This document shows positions 1 to 7,140 of a DNA stretch of 13,578 nt, one piece after another; positions within the stretch are counted from its first letter, which is position 1; every line of letters starts with the position of its first letter. Location of the stretch: positions 1-13,578 of the forward strand of contig JADFSZ010000023.1 of NCBI GenBank assembly GCA_022560555.1, read 5' to 3'. Below the pieces are notes generated by a model, which saw only the letters and a program-made list of their open reading frames with translations, did not search any database and had not been told where the DNA came from. The translations under genes were made by a program, and so were the position numbers. The DNA comes from PVC group bacterium (GTDB lineage: Bacteria; GCA-001730085; JADFSZ01).

Positions 1-737
1 TGATAGCCCAAGGGATTTTGAGAATCTTTAATATACAGCCCTAAAACTGATTTTGGATCTGTCGATGTCAAAAATTCATAAAACGAACGTTCTCCTTCCC
101 CAACAAATACAGCATCAATATGAGGATGCTGTATAAACACTTCCGGGGCTGCCAGTGCATGTGGTCCACCAAAAGCAATCAGGGCACGACATCCATTACT
201 TTTAATTATATCCAAATGCTTCATGGCAGTTTCAACATTGGCGGTATTAATACTAAATCCGATGACATCATAACTATCCAGTTGTTGGAGCCATGAATGA
301 TCCTGCATGATTTGTCCATCAATAACATCTACATCGATTCCCTGGCGACGAAGATACCCTGCAATGGTTAAAATGCCCAAGGGCGGCAATGTATTGATAT
401 AATTATTTTTGTTGGATGGTTGAGGGAATATTAAAAGAACCTTTTTGGCCCAGGGTTTTGGTAATTGAGAGGGATTTTTAACGATGCTTTTTTCATCTAT
501 AGCTGCTAGCTGGGCTACGTTACCATCATTTGTGGGTGCAGGGCTATTGTTGATCAAATCCTGAATAGATTTTTGAAAATGCTGTTCGATTAAGTTTATA
601 AAGTGTGGTGATGCGGTTTCTCGTCCTGCCTCCCACTGCCGAACCAGAACGGGTCGAATGAGAAGCGCATTGGCAAAACCTTCTTGTGATAAACCCAAGT
701 TCTGGCGAACTCTCTTTATATTCAGGCGGGATATCAT
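1..737 (-). CDS. 5' part (245 codons, runs off the left edge) of a fusion protein: an XRE/HTH_3-type helix-turn-helix domain, a ~40-aa linker, then a B12-binding domain typical of class B (cobalamin-dependent) radical SAM enzymes
   Basis: The ORF has no stop in the window, so it is absent from the ORF track. My own minus-strand translation from ATG 737..735 (AGGAG at 746..742) stays open to position 1. It reads MISRLNIKRVRQNLGLSQEGFANALLIRPVLVRQWEAGRETASPHFINLIEQHF (XRE HTH pattern), then a linker. After the linker comes KKVLLIFPQPSNKNNYINTLPPLGILTIAGYLRRQGIDVDVIDGQ...YDVIGFSINTANVETAMKHLDIIKSNGCRALIAFGGPHALAAPEVFIQHPHIDAVFVGEGERSFYEFL, a B12-binding-domain pattern that includes GEGE. The CxxxCxxC core would lie outside the window, so the radical SAM assignment is inferred. 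Confidence 0.7.
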   Translation of the reverse strand, partial: MISRLNIKRVRQNLGLSQEGFANALLIRPVLVRQWEAGRETASPHFINLIEQHFQKSIQDLINNSPAPTNDGNVAQLAAIDEKSIVKNPSQLPKPWAKKVLLIFPQPSNKNNYINTLPPLGILTIAGYLRRQGIDVDVIDGQIMQDHSWLQQLDSYDVIGFSINTANVETAMKHLDIIKSNGCRALIAFGGPHALAAPEVFIQHPHIDAVFVGEGERSFYEFLTSTDPKSVLGLYIKDSQNPLGY

Positions 738-802
738 ACTTCTCCTAGTAGTCTGTCCTATATAAATTTACGTGATGCTGTCTCCACCCCCTAAGTACAA
801 GT

Positions 803-835
803 ATTATATACCATAAATCCTCATGGATCTGCCAA
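803..835 (-). promoter_or_regulatory. Putative sigma70-type promoter with an extended -10 for the HTH/B12-domain gene
   Basis: The minus strand reads TTGGCA (835..830) ... TGGTATATAAT (813..803). This is TGn plus TATATA/TATAAT, about 60 nt upstream of ATG 737. The spacing to the -35-like hexamer is long (19-21 nt), so the call rests on the extended -10. Confidence 0.4.
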
Positions 836-899
836 TAATTCATCGAAGAAAGTCTATTTTTGACATAAGTATTTCAATAAGATTAAGTTACAAGTTCGT

Positions 900-1757
900 T
901 CATTTCATATCGGTAAAATTAGTTAACTCAATCATACGTTCTTTCAATGCGCTTTGAAAATCATCAGATAATAATGCAGTTAACTCTTGCGCCCACCCAT
1001 ATCCCTGAAAGCTCCCCCCATACCCACTGGCCACTTCGTTGTCATCCCACCCAGGATGACAGCAGAGCTCTGTGACCCCTTCCTTAACGTAACTGAGAAT
1101 GTCTAGAAGACATGATAAATTCAACCGTCCGGCACAATACAGTCCCAAAAAACGATTCGCTGATTGCAATTTATTTTTCCTTAATAAACGAATATAAAAC
1201 CACTTGTTAATGCTTATTATGCTTTTTATGAAATTATTTGTTCCCAAATAATCTTTCAAGGAGCGAGGAGTCTCGCATGGGATGCGAACATATTTTATGT
1301 TATATTTCTTAGCCAATGATAGAACAATATAGAAAATTTTCGGATGTAAATGGACATGTTGGTTAGTGTCTAAATGTGAAACATTTATACCTGATCCTGA
1401 GATTTTGACAATTTGCCTTTCAAACTCTTTATAAATTTCTTGAAAGTCCAATTGGTCAAAAAACATCTTCTTTGCTAAAGCCTGAATGTTCGGGACAAAG
1501 GCGCCCTCCTTCGTTATGAGAGACGGGATCTTCTCAGGAGACGAAGTCGCTCGTGTTTGTGTAAGCGTTAAATGAACCCCTATATCAACATCCGGACATG
1601 CTTTTACTATTTCAACAGCATCATGGGTCTTTGGAGCGTTAGCAAAAAGCGAGACGGATCTAATGATCTTTTTTTGAATGCCGACAAGAATCCCTTCATT
1701 GATCGATTGACTAAGTCCAAAGTCATCCGCATTAATAATGAGTTTTTTTTCCATCAC
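900..1757 (-). CDS. YdjC/ChbG-family carbohydrate (N-acetyl-sugar) deacetylase
   Basis: 285-aa ORF. It carries the N-terminal LIINADDFGLS motif (YdjC Asp-Asp motif), plus GVHLTLT and HLDTNQHVH histidine motifs. These are characteristic of the YdjC family (ChbG chitooligosaccharide deacetylase, HpnK). Confidence 0.85.
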   Translation of the reverse strand: MMEKKLIINADDFGLSQSINEGILVGIQKKIIRSVSLFANAPKTHDAVEIVKACPDVDIGVHLTLTQTRATSSPEKIPSLITKEGAFVPNIQALAKKMFFDQLDFQEIYKEFERQIVKISGSGINVSHLDTNQHVHLHPKIFYIVLSLAKKYNIKYVRIPCETPRSLKDYLGTNNFIKSIISINKWFYIRLLRKNKLQSANRFLGLYCAGRLNLSCLLDILSYVKEGVTELCCHPGWDDNEVASGYGGSFQGYGWAQELTALLSDDFQSALKERMIELTNFTDMK

Positions 1758-1805
1758 CGTCTAGCATAAATCCGCTAATAAGAATTTATTGAGAATTACT
1801 TTGCC

Positions 1806-1834
1806 ATTATACTATCACATTTAACTTTTGGTAA
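1806..1834 (-). promoter_or_regulatory. Putative sigma70 promoter for the YdjC-family gene
   Basis: The minus strand reads TTACCA (1834..1829), a 17-nt spacer, then a perfect TATAAT (1811..1806). It lies about 50 nt upstream of ATG 1757. Confidence 0.45.
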
Positions 1835-1982
1835 ATTCTTTAAGCGCATTTAATCCGCTTTTGTTTTTGAATATAGCTATTCATGACGCAAGGATTTGAT
1901 TGATAAATTTCCAAATGCCTTTCTACTGACACTAGTACCAGGGAAGCTTATCTGTCACACTAATCTTTCATCAATATAGATT

Positions 1983-3287
1983 ATGCTAAACAAACGAAGT
2001 CCTATCCATGATGTTGATCGTCCGGGCCAAAGTCTTTTTGTCTTTGGAAAAACTCTTTTCTCCTCTCTGATTTTTTTGCCTTTATTTATTTGTGTTTTCT
2101 TCTTGCCGCCAAGCGTCCAATATGAAAATGGGAAACTAATTATATCCTTTTTTGTTCTGTCGTCTTTCGGGCTCTTTTTTTTAACAAAGCGATCCGGACA
2201 GGCCCCCTTAGATTTTCGAAACATAGTGTGGCTCTTGCTATGCTGGGCCTTGCCTTGGCTGATCAGCGCTTTTCTAGCCGAGCAGCCGGAAATAGCTTTA
2301 TCATATTACGTTCGTACTATGGTTGTTTTTTTCACTTTTTATATTTTAGGTCTTCTTTCCGTCCAAAACAAAACGATAATAACCTCCGCGTATCTTTCAT
2401 TACTGATTACATTTACCATACTATGCATTTTTGCATTCATAATCAATATACATGTCTATCCTCTTTCTCCCCGCGTCCTTAAGGATGCTTCCGGATATTT
2501 TTATTATCTTTTTCATTACCTCTTTTCTTTTCATTTTGCCGTCATCGGAACAAAAATGGCCCTCTGTTTCCCAATCCTCATTTTGTTGCTTAAAAGCAAT
2601 ACAAAAGCGCAAAGATGTTTTGGGTATCTTATGGTTTTCGTATGCATGGTTGATCTCATTGCGATCACTGCAAGGCATCCCCTATTGATACTTTTAATAC
2701 TGGTTGGTGTATACAGCATCATCCAGAGATCTTTTTGGCCTTTTTTGATATCCACTCTTGTCCTAGGCGTTCTTGCCGGCGCCGGGCATCAATATTTTCC
2801 GGGACGATTCTTTAAAATATCTTTCGATGGCGTTTTTTTTGCGGCCGGCGGAGCTTTTGAACATTATAGGCTTGCGCGTTTTCAAACCGCTTTCAATATC
2901 TTGCGGGAACATCCCTTTTTCGGCATTGGATTTGAGCATGTCCGCATTTTATTTGAACAATATTATCCTTTAAAAAGCGAACTCGTGTCTATCTCTCATG
3001 AGCATCGCATCCTGGACAATATGTACCTCACAATTTTAGCCGAAACAGGCATGATAGGATTTATCGGTTTTTTTCTCGCAATGGGCCGTATCCTCATCCT
3101 CGGATGCCGCACGTATATGCAAACGTATTCCTTACATCTCTTTATCGCCTTATTGGTTCTCCTAGGGTTTTTCCTCAGTATGACGTCCTACGAGGTAATT
3201 TATTGGCCGGCTCCGCTTACCATTTTTAGTCTCTTTTGCGGTATCATCTGTGGGCTTACCGCGCCTCAAGATTCAAAATCAGTATAA
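1983..3287 (+). CDS. O-antigen ligase/polymerase-like (Wzy_C-type) polytopic membrane protein
   Basis: 434-aa ORF with about 10-12 hydrophobic helices by eye. The segment FFGIGFEHVRILFEQYY...SHEHRILDNMYLTILAETGMIGFIGFFL resembles the O-antigen ligase family signature (H-x-x-x-N-x-[YF]L...E-x-G-x-x-G). The exact start is uncertain. Confidence 0.7.
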   Translation: MLNKRSPIHDVDRPGQSLFVFGKTLFSSLIFLPLFICVFFLPPSVQYENGKLIISFFVLSSFGLFFLTKRSGQAPLDFRNIVWLLLCWALPWLISAFLAEQPEIALSYYVRTMVVFFTFYILGLLSVQNKTIITSAYLSLLITFTILCIFAFIINIHVYPLSPRVLKDASGYFYYLFHYLFSFHFAVIGTKMALCFPILILLLKSNTKAQRCFGYLMVFVCMVDLIAITARHPLLILLILVGVYSIIQRSFWPFLISTLVLGVLAGAGHQYFPGRFFKISFDGVFFAAGGAFEHYRLARFQTAFNILREHPFFGIGFEHVRILFEQYYPLKSELVSISHEHRILDNMYLTILAETGMIGFIGFFLAMGRILILGCRTYMQTYSLHLFIALLVLLGFFLSMTSYEVIYWPAPLTIFSLFCGIICGLTAPQDSKSV

Positions 3288-3288
3288 T

Positions 3289-3306
3289 ATCATTTATATA
3301 AATGAT
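3289..3306. repeat. Perfect 18-bp palindrome ATCATTTATATAAATGAT, 1 nt after the stop of the ligase-like gene. It could be a weak AU-rich terminator hairpin or a dimeric-protein site.
   Basis: The sequence equals its own reverse complement (checked base by base). It is followed by the T-rich stretch TTATGCATATTCTTCTCT. A stem formed from it would be almost entirely A-U. Confidence 0.5.
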
Positions 3307-3510
3307 TTATGCATATTCTTCTCTGTATATCCTACGACTATTTGATCAAAATAATATAAAATTACTCATTTTCATATTAACTATTCGATATATTTTTAAT
3401 ATTTACTCCACCTAGTACTTAATAACTGCTAAAAAAAGGGTTTTTGAATTCTCATATTTCCTTTATTTTCAAGAGCAGATATTCTCCCGTCAAGGTATCC
3501 ACACGATGCA

Positions 3511-3539
3511 TTGACAAAATGATCTTCCTCAAGTAACAT
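3511..3539 (+). promoter_or_regulatory. Putative sigma70 promoter for the LacI-family gene, and possibly for the GH94 gene as well
   Basis: Consensus TTGACA (3511..3516), a 17-nt spacer, then TAACAT (3534..3539). It lies about 60 nt upstream of ATG 3598. Confidence 0.5.
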
Positions 3540-3568
3540 AAGCCCTATTTTATTTGATGTTTGCGTAG

Positions 3569-3582
3569 TGAAAAAATTTTCA
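3569..3582. promoter_or_regulatory. Candidate LacI-family operator (14-bp inverted repeat TGAAAA-AA-TTTTCA)
   Basis: The arms TGAAAA/TTTTCA are perfect inverted repeats around a 2-nt centre. The length and TG...CA ends fit the general LacI/GalR-type operator shape (TGnAAnCGnTTnCA). The site lies between the predicted -10 and the SD (AAGG 3584..3587) of the regulator gene. Confidence 0.4.
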
Positions 3583-3597
3583 TAAGGCCCTTTTTAA

Positions 3598-4641
3598 ATG
3601 GTGAAGCAGCTAGGCACAAAAAAAGTGAGTATAATGGATGTGGCCAAAGAAGCCGGGGTCTCCATCACCACGGTTTCACGGGTTGTCAATCGCTCAGGCG
3701 TCGTTTCAAAAAAAACCCAAGAAAATGTCCTCCAAGTCATTGAAAAGCTTCGTTATAAACCGGATATCAGCGCCAGGCTCCTTGCGTCCAAACAAGTCGG
3801 GAAAATCCTCGGTATCGTCTCCCCCTACTTCGAAGGGATTTTTGGGTCTTATTATTTCAGTGAAATCATGCGGGGGATTAATAGCGTTAGCATGAAAGAG
3901 GAGCTCGATACCCTTTTTCATCTCTCCGGTCACTTTACCAGTATGGAACTTTCAAACCGTTTGGTTTTTAATCCCTCGTTTGTTCAAGGCGTCCTTCTGA
4001 TCGATTTAGATGGGGACGAATCAAAAGTAAAAAACCTCAAAGAGGAAAATTTATCCTTCGTCGTTATTAATCACTATCTTGAAAATCTCTCCGTTCATTG
4101 TATCGGTATCGACAACCGCTCCGCGGCCATTAATGCCGTCAATTATTTGATTGAGATAGGCCACCGCCGCATTGCCGCAATCACGGGAAATTTATCAACT
4201 CAAGCCGGCATCGGCCGCCTCGAAGGATATAAAAAATCTTTGATTGATCACGGATTTGATGTGCGGGATGATTATATCGTGGGGAATAGTTTTCATCCGG
4301 ATGACGCGCGAAAATCCATGGAAGCGCTCTTAAATCTCCCCCAACATCCCACAGCTGTTTTTGTGGCCAGTGACGAGATGGCTCAAGAAGCCATGGATGT
4401 TATTTTTGAAAGAGGGCTTAAAGTGCCCGATGATATTTCCATGATCGGCTTTGATGATGAACCTCTCGCGGCCAAAGCCCGGATTCCCTTAACAACACTT
4501 CAACAACCTCTTTTTGATATGGGAAAAATGGCGGCAGAATTAATCCTGGACATCATTCAAAAACCCGATAAAACAGAAGAGACGAAAATCCTGCTTCCAA
4601 CGCAATTAATCAAAAGAGAATCCTGCAAAAGTATTGGTTAA
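3598..4641 (+). CDS. LacI/GalR-family transcriptional regulator (sugar-responsive repressor)
   Basis: 347-aa ORF. The N-terminal VSIMDVAKEAGVSITTVSRVVNRSGVVSKKTQENVLQVIEKLRYKPDISARLLASK is the classic LacI HTH plus hinge. The remainder looks like a periplasmic-binding-protein-like effector domain (ISMIGFDDEPLA...). Confidence 0.9.
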   Translation: MVKQLGTKKVSIMDVAKEAGVSITTVSRVVNRSGVVSKKTQENVLQVIEKLRYKPDISARLLASKQVGKILGIVSPYFEGIFGSYYFSEIMRGINSVSMKEELDTLFHLSGHFTSMELSNRLVFNPSFVQGVLLIDLDGDESKVKNLKEENLSFVVINHYLENLSVHCIGIDNRSAAINAVNYLIEIGHRRIAAITGNLSTQAGIGRLEGYKKSLIDHGFDVRDDYIVGNSFHPDDARKSMEALLNLPQHPTAVFVASDEMAQEAMDVIFERGLKVPDDISMIGFDDEPLAAKARIPLTTLQQPLFDMGKMAAELILDIIQKPDKTEETKILLPTQLIKRESCKSIG

Positions 4642-4755
4642 ATCCCCTTGATAGGCCTGGTCTTCCGATAAGCTGTGCGCTTCTCGAAATCCAGGCACGA
4701 GATATTTTGGGTTCCAGACATGGGGAGACTTAAGGTAATGTTGAAAGGACGCTAG

Positions 4756-7140
4756 ATGAAACACGGTTTATTTAAAAATAAATACGGCCATTTTTCAACG
4801 GACGGCAAAGAATATATTATCACGAACCCTATCACCCCTCGTCCATGGGTCAATGTCTTGTCAAACAAAGATTACGGAGTCGTTGTCTCCCAGCTTGGCA
4901 GCGGATACAGCTGGAAAACTCACGCGAGTCTTAACAGGCTCACGCGCTGGGAACAAGATCTTGTTCGGGATGACTGGGGGAAATATATCTACATTCGTGA
5001 TAATGACTCAGGACAGTTTTGGTCGGCAGGATATAAACCGGTCTCAGTTAAGCCTGATTTTTATGAATGCTGTCACGGTATCGGTTATACGCGCATTATC
5101 AGCCAAAATCAAAAGATACAAACCGAACTAACCATTTTTGTCCCGCCGAAGGATTCCGCGGAAATCTGGTTGCTAAGAATTAAAAATTTATCTCAACAAA
5201 AAAGACATTTAAGCATCTTTACGTATCTCGAATGGTGCTTGGGGGAAGCGCCTGACTCTCACCGGGAATTTCATAAAATATTTATCGAAACGGATTTTCA
5301 TCCCGATCGTGATATGATTACCGCTCAAAAACGCCTCTGGACGATCCCCAATAAAAAAGGGCAGCATTGGAACATGGACTGGCCTTACGTGGGATTTCAT
5401 TGTTCTTCACAACCCGTCGAATCTTTTACGTGTGACAAGGAATCCTTCTTGGGACTTTATCAGGGCCTGCAAAACCCCCAAGCGCTAAGGCAAGAATCCC
5501 TCAACGGACAAATGGGGAAATGGAATGATTCTATCGCCAGTCTTCACGTCCACGCTGTTATCGACGGTCTCTCCGAAAACACAGTCGTGTTCACTCTGGG
5601 ATTAACCTCAACGAAAAAACAAGCCGAAAGCCTCTCAAAAAAATATCGTGATCCTCAATCAGCTTTCACCGAACTCGAAAACGTCAAAAAGTTTTGGGAT
5701 CCCTATCTTTCAACAATACACATCGATACGCCGGATCCCGCCATGAATCTTTTGACCAACGTGTGGTATAAATACCAAGCGATCAGCGGACGTATTTTCG
5801 GACGGACAGCGTATTATCAGTCCGGGGGAGCCTTCGGTTTTCGTGACCAGCTCCAAGATAGCCAGATTTTTCTTCCTATTGATCCTAGCCTGACCCGCAA
5901 ACAAATTCTCCTTCACGCGGAGCACCAATTTAAAAGCGGTCTTGTGTACCATTGGTGGCACCCTCTGTCCGAAGTCGGATCGCCAAGCCGGCATTCGGAT
6001 GATTTGTTATGGCTGCCGTACCTCGTTGATTTTTATATCAAGGAAACGGGGGACTGGGATATTCTTAAGGACAGTGTCGCTTATATTGATGACAAAAAGA
6101 AAGACACCTTGTTTGCGCACTGTCAAAAAGCTATTGATTTCACCCTCAAGCGAATGAGTCCTCGCGGCCTTCCTCTTATCCTTGAAGGGGATTGGAACGA
6201 TGGATTGAGCGCGATGGGATCGGCTGGAAAAGGAGAAAGTATTTGGCTTGGGCATTTTCTTTACGGTATTCTGACATCTTTTGCGGACATTTCGAGCCGA
6301 GTGAACAGAACAGCGCTATCCAAAAAATACATCCGGTGTGCGGAAAAATTAAAAACGGCCATCAACAAGTATGCGTGGGACGGCTCCTGGTATATACGAG
6401 GCACATTCGATAATAAAAAAGTGATGGGCTCGAAAAAATCAAAAGAAGGCAAGATCTTTCTCAATGCGCAAACCTGGGCCGTCATCAACAAAACTGCCGT
6501 CAAGGACCGGGGCCTTACTGCAATGAAGTCAGCCGAGAAATATCTTATGCGCGAGTACGGACCTATCTTGTTTTATCCCGCGTTTTCAAAATCGGACGAA
6601 TCTATCGGATACCTTTCCAGGTACGCGCCGGGCGTACGGGAAAACGGGGGGCTCTACACGCACGCAGGAACCTGGGCCGTGATAGCCGAATGTATGCTGG
6701 GTCACGGAAATAAGGCCTGGGATATTTACAAAAGTATGTGTCCGATTGATCGCGCCATGAATCCGGATCTTTATAAAGCCGAACCTTATGTAACTTCGGG
6801 AAATGTCGATGGGCCCGATTCACCGAATTTTGGCCGCGGAGGATGGACCTGGTATACAGGATCCGGAGCATGGATGTTCCGGATCGCGACAGACTGGATT
6901 TTAGGGATCCGACCGGAATATGACGGCCTTCTTGTGGATCCGTGCATACCTTCCGCATGGAAGGGTTTTTCGCTTACACGTACCTTTCGGGGCATTCGAT
7001 ATGATATTGAAGTGAGCAATCCAAAGCATGTTTCACAAGGAATAAAATCCGTTCATATCGACGGCAAGTCCATTCAAGGAAATCTTTTGCCGAAGAAAAG
7101 CTCAAAAAAACGTCACACCGTCTCTGTGGTGATGGGTTAG
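4756..7140 (+). CDS. GH94-family glycoside phosphorylase (cellobiose / chitobiose / cellobionate phosphorylase-like; specificity not determinable here)
   Basis: 794-aa ORF. It contains KYGHFSTDGKEYIITNPITPRPWVNVLS at the N-terminus, GGAFGFRDQLQDS, EGDWNDGL (the catalytic-Asp region in characterised GH94 enzymes, recalled from memory) and ENGGLYTHAGTWAV. The size fits disaccharide phosphorylases (~790-820 aa). An AAGGA SD lies 6 nt upstream. Confidence 0.9.
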   Translation: MKHGLFKNKYGHFSTDGKEYIITNPITPRPWVNVLSNKDYGVVVSQLGSGYSWKTHASLNRLTRWEQDLVRDDWGKYIYIRDNDSGQFWSAGYKPVSVKPDFYECCHGIGYTRIISQNQKIQTELTIFVPPKDSAEIWLLRIKNLSQQKRHLSIFTYLEWCLGEAPDSHREFHKIFIETDFHPDRDMITAQKRLWTIPNKKGQHWNMDWPYVGFHCSSQPVESFTCDKESFLGLYQGLQNPQALRQESLNGQMGKWNDSIASLHVHAVIDGLSENTVVFTLGLTSTKKQAESLSKKYRDPQSAFTELENVKKFWDPYLSTIHIDTPDPAMNLLTNVWYKYQAISGRIFGRTAYYQSGGAFGFRDQLQDSQIFLPIDPSLTRKQILLHAEHQFKSGLVYHWWHPLSEVGSPSRHSDDLLWLPYLVDFYIKETGDWDILKDSVAYIDDKKKDTLFAHCQKAIDFTLKRMSPRGLPLILEGDWNDGLSAMGSAGKGESIWLGHFLYGILTSFADISSRVNRTALSKKYIRCAEKLKTAINKYAWDGSWYIRGTFDNKKVMGSKKSKEGKIFLNAQTWAVINKTAVKDRGLTAMKSAEKYLMREYGPILFYPAFSKSDESIGYLSRYAPGVRENGGLYTHAGTWAVIAECMLGHGNKAWDIYKSMCPIDRAMNPDLYKAEPYVTSGNVDGPDSPNFGRGGWTWYTGSGAWMFRIATDWILGIRPEYDGLLVDPCIPSAWKGFSLTRTFRGIRYDIEVSNPKHVSQGIKSVHIDGKSIQGNLLPKKSSKKRHTVSVVMG

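Noticed and set aside
1770-1859. AATCCGCT 8-mer present twice, flanking the YdjC promoter
   Set aside because: Two copies of an 8-mer 80 bp apart could easily occur by chance, and there is no symmetry or further copies.
1955-2973. Multiple 66-89 aa ORFs on both strands overlapping the O-antigen-ligase-like gene
   Set aside because: They are off-frame products of T-rich membrane-protein coding sequence, and none has an SD or a recognisable domain.
3302-3415. 37-aa hydrophobic ORF (MIYAYSSLYILRLFDQNNIKLLIFILTIRYIFNIYST) in the AT-rich spacer
   Set aside because: It has no SD. Its composition is what random AT-rich DNA yields (Ile/Leu/Phe/Tyr/Asn), and there is no supporting signal.
3495-3503. 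DnaA-box-like GTATCCACA (8/9 match to TTATCCACA) near the LacI-gene promoter, and TTTTCCACA inside the cyclase gene (~9108)
   Set aside because: These are single, isolated 8/9 matches. A few are expected by chance in 27 kb of two-strand sequence, and there is no cluster or adjacent AT-rich unwinding element.
4655-4702. Inverted repeats GCCTGG...CCAGGC and TCTCG...CGAGA followed by TATTTT after the LacI gene, considered as a terminator
   Set aside because: The stems are short (5-6 bp), the loops are long (11-30 nt) and the U-tract is poor. This is insufficient to call an intrinsic terminator.
4720-4755. 11-codon uORF (MGRLKVMLKGR-stop) whose TAG abuts the GH94 ATG
   Set aside because: It has no SD of its own. 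The AAGGA within it is better explained as the SD of the GH94 gene. Reconsideration would need ribosome profiling.
6602-7019. 118-aa and 77-aa minus-strand ORFs, plus several 60-95 aa ORFs, inside the GH94 gene
   Set aside because: These are antisense or off-frame shadows of a strongly supported 794-aa gene. They have no motifs and no translation signals.
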